Shown here: positions 12,229 through 25,685 of the stretch, piece after piece
Layout: each line of letters starts with the position of its first letter
How positions within the stretch are numbered: position 1 is the stretch's first letter
NCBI GenBank assembly: GCA_951406725.2
Contig: OX597814.1
Span: 171,306,001 to 171,370,000 of the forward strand
DNA: 64,000 nucleotides
Source of the DNA: Octopus vulgaris
Lineage: Eukaryota
Reading direction: 5' to 3'
The notes under the pieces: generated by a model
Database searches by the model: none
Seen by the model: only the letters and a program-made list of their open reading frames with translations
Told to the model about the DNA's origin: nothing
Translations under genes and position numbers: made by a program

Positions 12229-12932
12229 AATAATCCTTTCTACTAAAGGCACAAGGCCTGAAATTTTGGGAGATGAGACCAGTCGATTACATCGACCCCA
12301 GTGTTTTACTGATACGTAATTTATTGACCCCGAAAGGATGAAAGGCAATGTCGACCTCGGCGGAATTTGAGCTCAGAACGTAGCGGCAGACGAAAGACCG
12401 CTAAGCATTTCGCCCGGCGTGCTAACGTTTCTTATTTCTTTATTACCCACAAGGGGCTAAACATAGAGGGGACAAACAAGGACAGACAAAGGGATTAAGT
12501 CGATTACATCGACCCCAGTACGTAACTGTTACTTAATTTATCGACCCCGAAAGGATAAAAGGCAAAGTCGACCTCGGCGGAATTTGAACTCAGAACATAA
12601 AAGCAGACAAAATAACGCTAAGCATTTTGCCCGGCGTGCTAACGTTTCTGCCAGCTCGCCGCCTGATATGGGTGTAATAATGACAATGAAAAAAAAAATG
12701 GTTTCATCTTCTCAGATAATCCTTTGTATTATAGGTACAAGGCCTGAATGTCGTGGAAAGTGGGTAAGTCGATCATATCGACTCCAGTACTTGACTGGTA
12801 CTTAATTTATCGACTCCGAAAGGATGAAAGGCAACTCGACCTCGGCGGAATTTGAACTCAGAATGTAGCAGCAGACGAAATTTCGCTAAGAAATTTGTTC
12901 ACCGTGCTTAACGTTTCTGCCAACTCGCCGCC
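12229..12932 (-). mobile_element. Three tandem family B SINEs (B2 12229-12432, B1 12433-12663, B2 12716-12932)
   Basis: Repeated CGACCCCGAAAGGATGAAAGGCAAAGTCGACCTCGGCGGAATTTGAACTCAGAA-type body. Confidence 0.9.
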
Positions 12933-12944
12933 TGAGAAGGGATT

Positions 12945-13329
12945 AGGCCTAGGAGCACTCCCTCGGTTACGACGATGAGGGTCCCAGCTGATACGATCAG
13001 CGGAACAGCTTGCTCGTGGAATTAACAAGTGGCTGAGCACTCCAGAGACATGTGTACCCTTAACGTAGTTCTCGAGGAGATTCAGCGTGACACAGAGTGT
13101 GACAAGGCTGGCCCTTTGAAATACAGGTACAACAGAAACAGGAAGAAAGAGTGAGAGAAAGTTGTGGTGAAAGAGTACAGCAGGGTTAACCACCACCCCC
13201 TGCAGGAGCCTCGTGAAGATTTAGGTGTTTTCGCTCAATAAACACTCACAATGCCCGGTCTGGGAATCGAAACCGCGATCCTACGACCGCGAGTCCGCTG
13301 CCCTAACCACAAGGCCATTGCGCCTGCAC
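12945..13329 (-). mobile_element. SINE family D, full length with TSD
   Basis: TSD TGAGAAGGGATT at 12933-12944 and 13330-13341; tRNA-like head. Confidence 0.9.
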
Positions 13330-13634
13330 TGAGAAGGGATTCATAATGACCATGGAAACAAAAAGTTTCATTTTTTTCAAATAATAACATTGATAATATT
13401 GGTTTCAAACAATAATGATAATAATGGGTTTAAACTTTGACTAAACACAGAACAATAGGTTTTAGTGGCTGGGGTGTAGTCGATTACATCAATCTCAGCG
13501 CTTGACTGGTACTTATTGTATCGATTCTGAAACGATGAAAGGACCAAGTCGACCTCTGCAGAATCTGAACACAGAACTTAAAGAGCTAGAAGAAACGCCG
13601 CCAAATATTTGTCTGACTCGCTATCGATTCTGCC

Positions 13635-14021
13635 GTGGAGGCGCAATGGCCCAGTGGTTAGGGCAGCGGACTCGCGGTCGTAGGATCGCGGTTTCGATTC
13701 CCAGACCGGGCGTTGTGAGTGTTTATTGAGCGAAAACACCTAAAGCTCCACGAGGCTCCGGCAGGGATGGTGGTGATCCCTGCTGTACTCTTTCACCACA
13801 ACTTTCTCTCACTCTTACTTCCTGTTTCTGTTGTACCTGTATTTCAAAGGGCCGGCCTTGTCACTCTCTTGTGTCACGCTGAATATCCCCTAGAACTATG
13901 TTAAGGGTACACGTGTCTGTGGAGTGCTCAGCCACTTACACGTTAATTTCACGAGCAGGCTTTTCCGTTGATCGGATCAACTGGAACCCTTGCCGTCGTA
14001 ACCGACGGAGTGCTTCCATCC
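13635..14021 (+). mobile_element. SINE family D (tRNA-Arg-like head) inserted in a B SINE
   Basis: A box TGGCCCAGTGG, B-box-like GTTTCGATTCC; TSD ATCGATTCTGCC at 13623-13634 and 14022-14033; host B copy spans ~13422-14044 on the minus strand. Confidence 0.9.
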
Positions 14022-14050
14022 ATCGATTCTGCCAGCTTACCACCGTTAGT

Positions 14051-14658
14051 GGTTTCAGTTTTTGGCACAAAACCAGCATTCTTTAGGGATGGCTGAAGTC
14101 GATTACATCGACCCTAGTGGTCAACTTGTATTTATTTTCTCGACTCCGAAAGGAAGAAAGGTAAAACTGATCTTGGCGATATTTGAACTCAGGACCTAAA
14201 TACAGACGAAATGTCACAAAGCGTTTTGTCTGCTGTGCCAACCATTCTGCTAGTTCGTCGCTTTTAATAATCCTTATCGCTATAGGCACAAGACCTGAAA
14301 TTTTGGGAGAAGAAGCTAATGACTGGTGCTTATTTTATTAAACTCGAAAAAATGAAGGGCAAGACCACCTTGGCAGCGTGCTAATGGTTCTGCCAGCTTC
14401 CACCAATAATAATAATAATAATAATTATAGATTTCTTTACTACCCACAAGGGGCTAAACATAGAGGGGACAAACAGGGACAAACAAAGGTATTAAGTCGA
14501 TTACATCGACCCAGTGCGAAACTGGTACTTTATTTATCGACCCCGAGAGGATGACAAGCAAAGTCGACCTCGGCGAAATTTAAACTCAGAACGTTACAGC
14601 AGACGAAATACGGCTACGCATTTCGCACGGCGAGCTAACGGTTCTGCCAGCTTCCACC
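14051..14658 (-). mobile_element. Three tandem family B SINEs (14051-14262, 14266-14404, B1 14431-14658)
   Basis: Family B body and tails, all on the minus strand. Confidence 0.8.
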
Positions 14659-14701
14659 AATAATAATAATAATGATAATAATAATAATAATAATAATAAT
14701 G

Positions 14702-14758
<57 letters not shown>

Positions 14759-14759
14759 G

Positions 14760-15275
14760 TATGGACTTGACAGAGCAAAGAAGTGGTACGAACATAAACC
14801 CGAAGGCATCATCGAAAATGATAATACAAAGATCCTATGGGATTTTGTGATTCAGTACGACAATGAGATAGAGTATAGGAAACCAGACATAGTGTTAATT
14901 GAGAAAGAAAGCAAACGATGCTGGATCATAGATATAGCATGCCCAGCTGACAACAAGGTATGCGATAAGGAAGAAAGAAAAGTCGAGAGATATAACAGGT
15001 TAGCTTGGGAGGTTAAGTAGTTGTAGTCACTGAAAAGGGTAGCAGTAGTACCAATAATTGTCGGAGCCCTGGGAACAGTGAGTAAATATTTTGAGAAATA
15101 CTTGGAACAAATAGGGGCTGCAATAAGGGTGAAGTACTTGCAGAAAACAGCACTGCCTAGAACCGTTCGAATACTCCGAATGGTGCTCAAAAGTTAAGGG
15201 GTGTTACCTTAGTTCACTGGTAGTGAACTGCTAACAGTAGTACATCTCCGGCATTAGAAGCTGTGCAAAGACAAT
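14760..15275 (+). mobile_element. R4/Dong-like RLE LINE 3' fragment (third family)
   Basis: YGLDRAKKWYEHKPE...ILWDFVIQYDNEIEYRKPDIVLIEK...IIDIACPAD...VVPIIVGALG, with two in-frame stops; terminal TAA at 15195-15197; (AAT)n on both sides. Confidence 0.9.
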
Positions 15276-15277
15276 AA

Positions 15278-15323
<46 letters not shown>

Positions 15324-15332
15324 GTAATAGTA

Positions 15333-15400
<68 letters not shown>

Positions 15401-15403
<3 letters not shown>

Positions 15404-15615
15404 CCTTTCTACAGGAAGCACGAAGCCTCAAATTTGGGGGAAGGAGTGAGACGATTACATCGACCTCCAGTGCTCAACTGGTACATATTTTCGACCCTGA
15501 AAGGACGAAAGGTAAAGTCGACCTCAGCGGAATTTGAACCCAAAACGTAGCAACGGGTAAAATATTGCTAAGCATTTCGTCCAGCACACTAATGATTCTG
15601 CCAGCTCGCCGCCTT
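15401..15615 (-). mobile_element. SINE B2
   Basis: Full head to tail, within (AAT)n. Confidence 0.85.
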
Positions 15616-15622
15616 AAATAAT

Positions 15623-15685
<63 letters not shown>

Positions 15686-15686
<1 letters not shown>

Positions 15687-16253
15687 CTGGAACCTACATA
15701 CATTGGAAGCTATGCCAACATTATGGAATAACAACAGAAAAAAGATGGTATAGGCACACACCAGAAAAGATCACAGAAAACGAGAAAGCAACCATACTCT
15801 GGGATATGCCGATACACACAGATAGAGAAATTAAGGCCAACAGACCAGATATAGTTGTCAGAGATCATGAAGAAAAAAATGCTTTCTTATTGATGTATCA
15901 ATACCGGCAGATGACAACGTGTCTCTAAAAGAAATGGAGAAACTCTCAAAATACAAAGACCTGGAAATAGAGGTAACTAGAATGTGGAATCTGAAAACAG
16001 AAACAATTCCTATCATAGTAGGTGCATTAGGCATGATAAAAAATATTCAGACAAATACATAACAAAAACACCAGGACTTACAAACACATATAACATACAG
16101 AAAATTGCACTACTAGGCACTGCACATCCTACGCAGAACACTTTCCATACAATAACCATCAGAGCATCACAACAAATCACAGCACATACCCAAGGCACAC
16201 AGAGCTGCGCTCGGTAGTGAAGTGAAAGCACGCTATAAAAATAAAACTACTGA
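15686..16253 (+). mobile_element. R4/Dong-like RLE LINE 3' fragment
   Basis: YIHWKLCQHYG...ILWDMPIHTDREIKANRPDIVV...IDVSIPADDNV...KYKDLEIEVTRMW, frameshifted; (AAT)n on both sides. Confidence 0.9.
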
Positions 16254-16279
16254 ATAATGTATAATAATAATAATAATAA

Positions 16280-16462
16280 TCTACTATAAGCGCACGGCCT
16301 GGGTTTTGGCGGGAGGGGGGTCACATCGACTCCGGTACTTAATTTATCGACCCCGAAAGGATGAATGCCGTCGGTGGAATTTGAACTCTGAATGTAAAGA
16401 CGGACAAAATGCCGCTAATTATCAAGGCTGAAATGCTAACGATTCTACATGCTCACTGCCTT
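16280..16462 (-). mobile_element. SINE B2, degenerate
   Basis: Family B body with small deletions. Confidence 0.7.
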
Positions 16463-16463
16463 A

Positions 16464-16495
<32 letters not shown>

Positions 16496-16736
16496 TAATA
16501 ATAATAGTAATAGTAATAATAATAATAATAATAACGATAATGATGATGATGGAAATAATAATAATAATAGTAATAGTAATAATAATAGTAATAATAAGAA
16601 TATTAATAATAATAGTAATAATAATAATAATAGTAATGGTAATAGTAATAATAATAATAACAATAATAATAATAATGATAATGATAATGATGATAATAAT
16701 AATAATAATACTATTAATAGCAATAATAATAATAAC

Positions 16737-16773
<37 letters not shown>

Positions 16774-16803
16774 GTAATAATAGTAATAATAATAATAACA
16801 ATA

Positions 16804-16838
<35 letters not shown>

Positions 16839-17019
16839 AATAATAATACTAATAATAGCAATAATAATAATAATAATACTAATAATAGTAATAATAATAA
16901 TAACAATAATAACAATAATAATAATAATAATAGTAATAATAGTAATAATAGTAATAGTAGTAGTAATAATAACAATAATAATAACAATAATAATAATAAT
17001 AATGATAATGATAATAATG

Positions 17020-17067
<48 letters not shown>

Positions 17068-17082
17068 GTAATAATAATAATA
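16464..17082. repeat. Imperfect (AAT)n with AAC/AGT/GAT variants
   Basis: Directly visible. Confidence 0.95.
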
Positions 17083-17174
17083 GGAATTTATGATATGCAA
17101 AAGACCTTCTTCACACAGTCTGTCTCTCCATGTAGGATTGTTTACTGCTGCTACTGCTGTTGCCACTGTTACCG

Positions 17175-17205
<31 letters not shown>

Positions 17206-17422
17206 TGCTGTCTTGCTGCTGTTGCTGCTATTGGTTCTATTTCATCAGTTGTGTGTCATACTGTGTGTGTTGTAGTGATGGTGTTGCGTATCGTAATCGA
17301 AGTGACCAAAAATCAAGACTCATGGGGATGACAAGAATACTGTGATAAGCAGAGGCAGAGACGGAGAAACAGACGCACTCACACACATAAATGCGCATGT
17401 GTGTGTGTGTGCGCGCGCGCGC

Positions 17423-17479
<57 letters not shown>

Positions 17480-17628
17480 GTACATATATATATATATACA
17501 ATATGTATATATATAATATATATATATATATACACATATATATATGTATACATATATATTATATATATATATACATATATATGTATATGCGTATATCTAT
17601 ATATATGCGCGTGTGTGTACATATTTAT

Positions 17629-17659
<31 letters not shown>

Positions 17660-17910
17660 GAGGTATATTTGTACATATATCTATATGTATATGTTTACTT
17701 AAATATGTATATATATATATGTATATGTATATATGTGTATATAAATATGTATATATATGTATATATATATGTACATGTATAAATATGTATGTGTATAATA
17801 TGTCTATACGTATATAATATATATTTCATATATATATGTATATATATATATGTATATATATATATATTCATATGCCTGTATATATGTGTAAATTATTCAA
17901 ATGTGCAAAG

Positions 17911-17942
<32 letters not shown>

Positions 17943-17987
17943 CCATATATATATATATTTTTATATTGAACTATAAATATATGTGTA

Positions 17988-18044
<57 letters not shown>

Positions 18045-18595
18045 CACATAGAAGCATCTGTACCGAAGTTGTCAGTTTCACATTCTGTTGATGCCAATAA
18101 GTTCCCAGTCATGCTCTCCCAAGACTATTCTTTATGGGGTCGGTGTTGCCATTAACAATGAAAGGCGCAGTGTTCAAGCTTATGATGCAAACCCACCCTA
18201 TACGTAATGTACACATGGGAATATATATATATATGTATATGCATATATGTATATCATATGAATATATATTTATATACATATCTTTATATATATAATATAT
18301 ATGTGTGTGTGTGTGTGTGTGTATGTGTCTATGTGTATTTATATATATGTATATATATTTATATACATGCATATATATATTTATATATATATTTTATATA
18401 TATAGTATATATATAATATATATATATATATGTATATATATATATGATATATATATATACATACATATATATATATAATGTTTATATATAATGGCATACA
18501 ATCGTATGTATTATGTGTGTGTGTATGCAAAATACATACACACATAAGTACACACTTACATACACACATATATATGCAGATATGTATGTATATGC

Positions 18596-18647
<52 letters not shown>

Positions 18648-18782
18648 AGTATGTATGCATATGTTTGCATGTGCACACCTATATATTCAAAGTATATTCT
18701 TCACATAATGTTACTCTAAGTCTAATGAAATTTTCAGCTTCCAATAAATACAGCATAATATATTTTCCAAATTTTTGTTTCC

Positions 18783-18831
<49 letters not shown>

Positions 18832-18925
18832 GCATACAGACTTTATATATGACACATATAAAGAGAACCCACATACACTTGTATACATACATACACATGC
18901 ATAAAGATATGCATGTACAAATATT

Positions 18926-19190
18926 GGCACTCCGTCGCTTAAGACGACGACTAGGGTTGCAGTTGATCCGATTCACTGAACAAACAATAGGCTACTCATG
19001 AAATTGACGTGCAAAGTGGCTGAGCTCTCCACAGACACGTGTACCCTTAACGTAGTTCTCATGGAAATTGAGCGTGACACAGAATGTGACAAGGATGGCC
19101 TCTTGAAATACAAGCAGTATTCCTTATGGGCATCTGGACGATGTAGAGCAACGTGAAATAATGGCACTGGCTCAAATACACTAACCCACT
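18926..19190 (-). mobile_element. SINE with family D 3' part and a different body
   Basis: 18926-19113 matches 12955-13128; beyond that it diverges from D. Confidence 0.7.
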
Positions 19191-19358
19191 AATCCTGGTA
19201 CCTTCACCACATCCCTGAAGACCAACATATCATTAGTGCCCATTTCAAATAAATATTCTAACGTAAACAATACAAAAAACGCGCTTAAGTCAATCCTGCA
19301 TAAGTTAAAGAAATATCTCATAGATATGCTCAGGCCAAAAATATTATCTCCCCCTCTC

Positions 19359-19671
<313 letters not shown>

Positions 19672-19741
19672 CTTATCTATCTATCTATCTATCTATCTTT
19701 CTATCTGTCTGTCTATCTACCTATCTATCTATCTATCTATC

Positions 19742-19879
19742 TTTTTTTTTTTTTCCTGTTTTTTTACGATCCCTTTTGATCGAAAACCTACCCCCTTTTT
19801 TTTTTCTATCCCCAAAGAGAAAAGCTCTACTTGGTAATTTGTTCCCTCTGTGTTCAGCCCTGTGTGGCTAATAAAGAAA
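19742..19879 (+). mobile_element. LINE-like 3' UTR within (TATC)n, copy 2
   Basis: Diverged homologue of copy 1 with the same 3' end and a different 5' truncation. Confidence 0.65.
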
Positions 19880-19948
19880 CATATCTATGTCTATGTATGC
19901 ATATACATACATATCTATCTATCTATCTATCTATCTATCTGTCTGTAC

Positions 19949-20018
<70 letters not shown>

Positions 20019-20188
20019 CTTACTTACCTACCTACCTACCTACCTACCTACCTACCTACCTACCTACCTACCTAGGATGATTTATATGTATATACATAGG
20101 TATGTATGTATGTATGTATGTATGTATGTATGTATGTATGTATGTATGTATGTATGTATGTGTATATTGAAGGTGCATATATATATAT

Positions 20189-20667
20189 AGGTACAGGTAT
20201 GGATCAGTGGTAAGAATTTTGTTTCTCAACCAAATTTGTTCCCCTGTGTTCAGCCCTGTGTGGCTAATAAAGAAACATATCTATGTCTATGTATGCATAT
20301 CTACAGGTGTCTTGTACCATAGATTCAGCACGACCAAAAGCTTCAGGAAGTAGATTAAATGGAACCGAAAACCCGTCGCATACATGTGTATAAGTGTATG
20401 TGCAAATAGCGACCTATGTATGTATGTATGTACCTACCAGGCTTTATGTATGTATGTATGTAGTAGTATTTGAAGGTCGACTACATATAGGTACAGGTAT
20501 AAGTTATTGTTTCTCAACCATTATGACCGCAGCCCACTGTCTGATTCTATCTTGTGCCAAACAGCACGACCAAAAACTTCAGGAAGTAGATTAAATGGAA
20601 CCGAAAACCCGTCGCATACATGTGTATAAGTGTATGTGCTTGTGTGTGCTTGTGTGTGTGTGTATAT

Positions 20668-20724
<57 letters not shown>

Positions 20725-20930
20725 TCATACATATATATACATACACACACACACACACGCGAGCACACACACACACACATATATTTGTGTGTGTGTGCGT
20801 GTGTGTGGCTTTCTTTAGAGGTTCGGCAAATAGCGACCGATGGAATCCTACCAGGCTTTAAAAGAAGAGTACACGGCTACAGTCATTAAGTCATTGCCCC
20901 ATTATGACCGCAGCCCAATATCTGAAACAT
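20189..20930 (+). mobile_element. Old, rearranged SINE A
   Basis: Head-like GGTACAGGTATGGATCAGTGGTAAG; 3' GTTCGGCAAA and TGCCCCATTATGACCGCAG...CTGAAACA. Confidence 0.55.
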
Positions 20931-20965
20931 AAATTGATATATAAATGTGTGTGTGTGTGTGTGTG

Positions 20966-21101
<136 letters not shown>

Positions 21102-21123
21102 TATTGTATATATTTATAGTACA

Positions 21124-21533
21124 TATCGTTGCTGTTATGTTAAACTGTCGTATGTCCAAATTTGGCCAAATGCGTCTTTTTCAATAATTAATTTTGTTTG
21201 CAGGTTCTTTTGGTCAGACTGTCGTATATCCATCCAGCTGTTTCAGATGTCAAAATATGAAAATTGTCAAAGTGTATGTAGTACAACAGTTTAGAATTTT
21301 TCAAAAGTGTAGTAAGTCCCACATACAACAGTTTTGAAAAAAAAAAATTATCTGACTGAAATTATCATACATGCATGGAGCTACGATTTTATGCACCCAA
21401 CAAAATATAATTGTTAAGCTGAAACTGTTGCTAATGTAAAAACAAATGGAACGGAATGGTGAAACTGTTTTTTCATTTTCTGAAAAAAAGCAACGATTTG
21501 GACTTACGACACTTTTGCATAATAACAATGATA
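21124..21533. mobile_element. MITE / non-autonomous DNA transposon, ~38-bp imperfect TIRs
   Basis: 21124-21161 vs reverse complement of 21496-21533 (about 31/38 identical, core TGTCGTAnGTCCAAAT); motif recurs internally near 21219 and 21306. Confidence 0.65.
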
Positions 21534-21681
21534 CATCATATATATATTCCGTGTGTGCATATATATATATATATATATGTGTGTATATATGTATACGTAT
21601 ATATGTGTATATATATGTGTGTGTGTGTATGCGTGTGTATATATACATACATCCATAGATACATAGATACATACATATATA

Positions 21682-21828
21682 TATTTCTTTACTACCCACA
21701 AGGGGCTAAACACAGAGAGGACAAACATGGGCCGACAAACGGATTAAGTCGATTATATCGACCCCAGTGCGTAACTGGTACTTAATTTATCGACCCCGAA
21801 AGGATGAAAGGCAAAGTCGACCTCGGAA
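21682..21828 (-). mobile_element. SINE B1, 5'-truncated, in (TA)n
   Basis: B1 tail and Nin-like body. Confidence 0.9.
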
Positions 21829-22370
21829 TACATATATATACATATATATACATATATATATATATAATACATATATATACATATATATGTATGCATACAT
21901 ATGTGTGTGCGTGTGTGTGTGTATGTGTGTATATGTATGTATATACTTGTATATACATTATATATGTATATATACATGTATATACATGTATGATATATAT
22001 ACCCCAAAACACACACGCGTATACGCAAGTACTATAAGTGACTTAAGGACTAAGCGAATTCGTTCCTCGCACTTATCAAAATATATTATGCGACACATTG
22101 CACTTCGGGCCCATCATCCACTTATGTTGACTACAGCTAAATAACAGGCGAATATCTATAACTATATGGGTATGTATGTATGTATGTATGTATGTATGTA
22201 TGTATGTATGTATGTATGTATGTATGTATGTATGTATGTATGTATGTATGTATGTATGTATGTATGTGTGTGTGTATGTATGTATGTATGTATGTATGTA
22301 TGTATGTATGTATGTGTGTATGTATGTATGTATGTATGTATGTATGTATGTATGTATGTATGTATGTATG

Positions 22371-22760
22371 CATGTGTGTATGTAGACATAGAGGCACGTG
22401 TAGTAAAAATAGAAGCACATCAATTATGTACTGGAATTACATAATTGGACTGAAACAATGTATGTATGCGTGTGTCTGCGTGTGTATGTATGCATGCATG
22501 CATATATGTATGTAAGTATGTATGTATATGTATGTATTTATTTATGTATGTATGTATGTATGTATGCATGTGTGTATGTAGACATAGAGGCACGTGTAGT
22601 AAAAATAGAAGCACATCAATTATGTACTGGAATTACATAATTGGACTGAAACAATGTATGTATGTGTGTGTCTGCGTGTGTATGTATGCATGCATGCATA
22701 TATGTATGTAAGTATGTATGTATATGTATGTATTTATGTATTTATGTATGTATGTATGTT
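22371..22760. repeat. Tandem duplication, 2 x 196 bp
   Basis: Identical unique core GTAGACATAGAGGCACGTG...GGACTGAAACAATG in (TATG)n; each copy has a 10-bp hairpin CAATTATGTA/TACATAATTG. Confidence 0.9.
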
Positions 22761-22903
22761 TGTATGTATGTATGCATATAAATCACTATAAGAAAACATA
22801 ATTTCATTCTGAAGGAGACATTCCTTGTGTATGCATATGTGTCCGTGTGTCTTCCTCTGTGTGTGTAAGTATATGTGTGTGTATGTATGTGTATATGTGT
22901 ATA

Positions 22904-22947
<44 letters not shown>

Positions 22948-22985
22948 AATTCCATCTGTAATATATATATGCATATATTCTATAC

Positions 22986-23057
<72 letters not shown>

Positions 23058-23404
23058 GTATAATATATATATACACTGACATAATTACATACATATATTT
23101 ATATATATATACGCAATTACAAATATATATATATATTTATATATATGCATAAATACATACATGTATACACATACATACATATGTATGTATAGTATATATG
23201 TATATATAAAACAGACACACATGCAATCTGCTTACAAACACATATGTACATGTTCATACACGTGTTCGTGTGTGTATATACGTGAATGTATTTACAAATA
23301 TATGCACTTCATATATTTATATGTCACATAGGCCTCTGAGTTTCTTTATACATACATACATATATATATATATATACACATATATATATATATATATATA
23401 TATG

Positions 23405-23437
<33 letters not shown>

Positions 23438-24087
23438 GATATATACATGTATTTTATATATATGTATGTATGTGAAGAAACTCTGTGGCATATGTACGTA
23501 TAAACAATATAAAGTGCATATATATATATATATATATATATATCCTTACATACACGCACACTCGAACATAAACTCACAGACACTACCATCAACACACCCA
23601 CCCACACACCCATACTTGCAAGATGTAACCCATGCAAACTATTTTTGTGTCTGCCTTTCTCTGTCCCATTCTTACATTCTTTCTTCTTACATTAACTGTC
23701 CATATTCTTTTATTCTTTTGCAGGTACTTGTCGCTGGGACTGGATGGGGCATACCGTGTGACGTGACCACCTCCAAGTGTACCGGCAGACGATCATATCG
23801 ACTCCATTTTCTTATTATCTAAAGTCAGGTAGATATTTTATCGACTTATACTTCGTGCGAATAGCTAAGTGTCAAAGTGTCTGTCTCTGTCTCTCTCTCT
23901 CGCATACATACATATATGCACCACCTACCCACACATACACATACATACATACGCATGTGCTTACATACACATAAATGTAACAAATAAAAATATATAAGTA
24001 TATATATAATTTATATACTGTATATATATATGTATATATAATATAGATTATATATATGTATCTACCATACAACTATAAATATATATG

Positions 24088-24119
<32 letters not shown>

Positions 24120-24165
24120 GATATATATATGATATATATATGATATATATATAATATATATATAC

Positions 24166-24212
<47 letters not shown>

Positions 24213-24368
24213 GTTATATATATATATATACATATATGTTATATATATATATATATATACACATGTTATATATATATGTTATATATACATATATGTTTTG
24301 TATATATATATATATATGTTTTATATATATATATATATGTTTCATATATATATATATATATGTATATA

Positions 24369-24599
24369 TATTTCTTTACTACCCACAAGGGACTAAGCAC
24401 AGAGGGGACAAACAAGGACAGATAAACGGATTAAGTCGATTACATCGACCCCAGTGCGTAACTGGTACTTAATTTATCGACCCGGAAAGGATGAAAGGCA
24501 AAGTCGACCTCGGCGGAATTTGAACTCGGAACGTAACGACAGACGAAATACTGCTACGCAGTTAGCCCGGCGTGCTAACGTTTCTGTCAGCTCGCCGCC
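24369..24599 (-). mobile_element. SINE B1, full length, in (TA)n
   Basis: Colinear with 3293-3524. Confidence 0.9.
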
Positions 24600-24617
24600 A
24601 TATATATATATATGTTT

Positions 24618-24664
<47 letters not shown>

Positions 24665-24671
24665 TTATTAT

Positions 24672-24813
24672 AGGCGCAGGCGTGGCTGTGCTGTACGAAG
24701 CTTACTTCTCCACCACATAGTGCCGGGTTCAGTCCCACTGTGTGGCACATAGCCTCGGGCCGAGCAAAGCCTGTGAAGACGGAAACTGAAAGAAGACCCT
24801 CGTATAAATATAC

Positions 24814-24876
<63 letters not shown>

Positions 24877-25064
24877 TGTTTTTCCCCACCCATCGCCCGA
24901 TAAACGTTGGTCGTGTCTTTTCGTTCAGGGAAGCTAGCGGTTCGACCGACGATCGATAGAATAAGTAACAGGTCTAAAAATAAGATATAATGGGGTCAAT
25001 TTATTCGGCTGAAAGTCGGTGCCCCAGCATGGCGGCAGCATAATAACTGAACCAACATAAAAAA
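24672..25064 (+). mobile_element. SINE family A, diverged
   Basis: Head GGCGCAGGCGTGGCTGTG; internal (TG)n; tail GGTGCCCCAGCATGGC. Confidence 0.75.
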
Positions 25065-25079
25065 GGTATATATATATGC

Positions 25080-25113
<34 letters not shown>

Positions 25114-25349
25114 GCGCATATGTGTGTGTGTGTACGTGTATTAAAGTTTGTGCTTCTGTGAAGTTATAATAAAAAAGTGTTTAACAAATAATGTCGAAGG
25201 ATTACCAAAGCCATTCTGCACAGTACACGTGTATTCTTTATTTTCTTTAACAACTTCAGTGTTGTCTGTAACTTCGAAATTTTCGGATAATGACCTAGCA
25301 TGCCGAAACGTCGAAGTAACTGAGAATACTATTCCTATTATTGAACTAT

Positions 25350-25444
<95 letters not shown>

Positions 25445-25543
25445 CATACATAAATACATACATATATATATATACATATAGGTATATACATATGTATACA
25501 AACACATATATATACATATAAATATATATATGTACACTCGCAC

Positions 25544-25579
<36 letters not shown>

Positions 25580-25633
25580 GTACATAAGCAAATAATACAT
25601 TTTTATATACATACATACATACATTCACACACT

Positions 25634-25685
<52 letters not shown>

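Noticed and set aside
13639-13711. tRNA-Arg gene
   Set aside because: It is the head of a TSD-bounded SINE present twice; no proper acceptor stem or terminator.
16445-17345. Poly-N/L/I and poly-A/C ORFs
   Set aside because: (AAT)n and (CTG)n microsatellites with no domain content.
21204-21294. Apparent splice acceptor and short open frame
   Set aside because: Lies inside the TIR-bounded MITE.
23724-23828. Apparent exon after TTTTGCAG with a GTAGAT donor
   Set aside because: All three frames hit stops, and the region aligns loosely with a decayed minus-strand SINE A 3' half.
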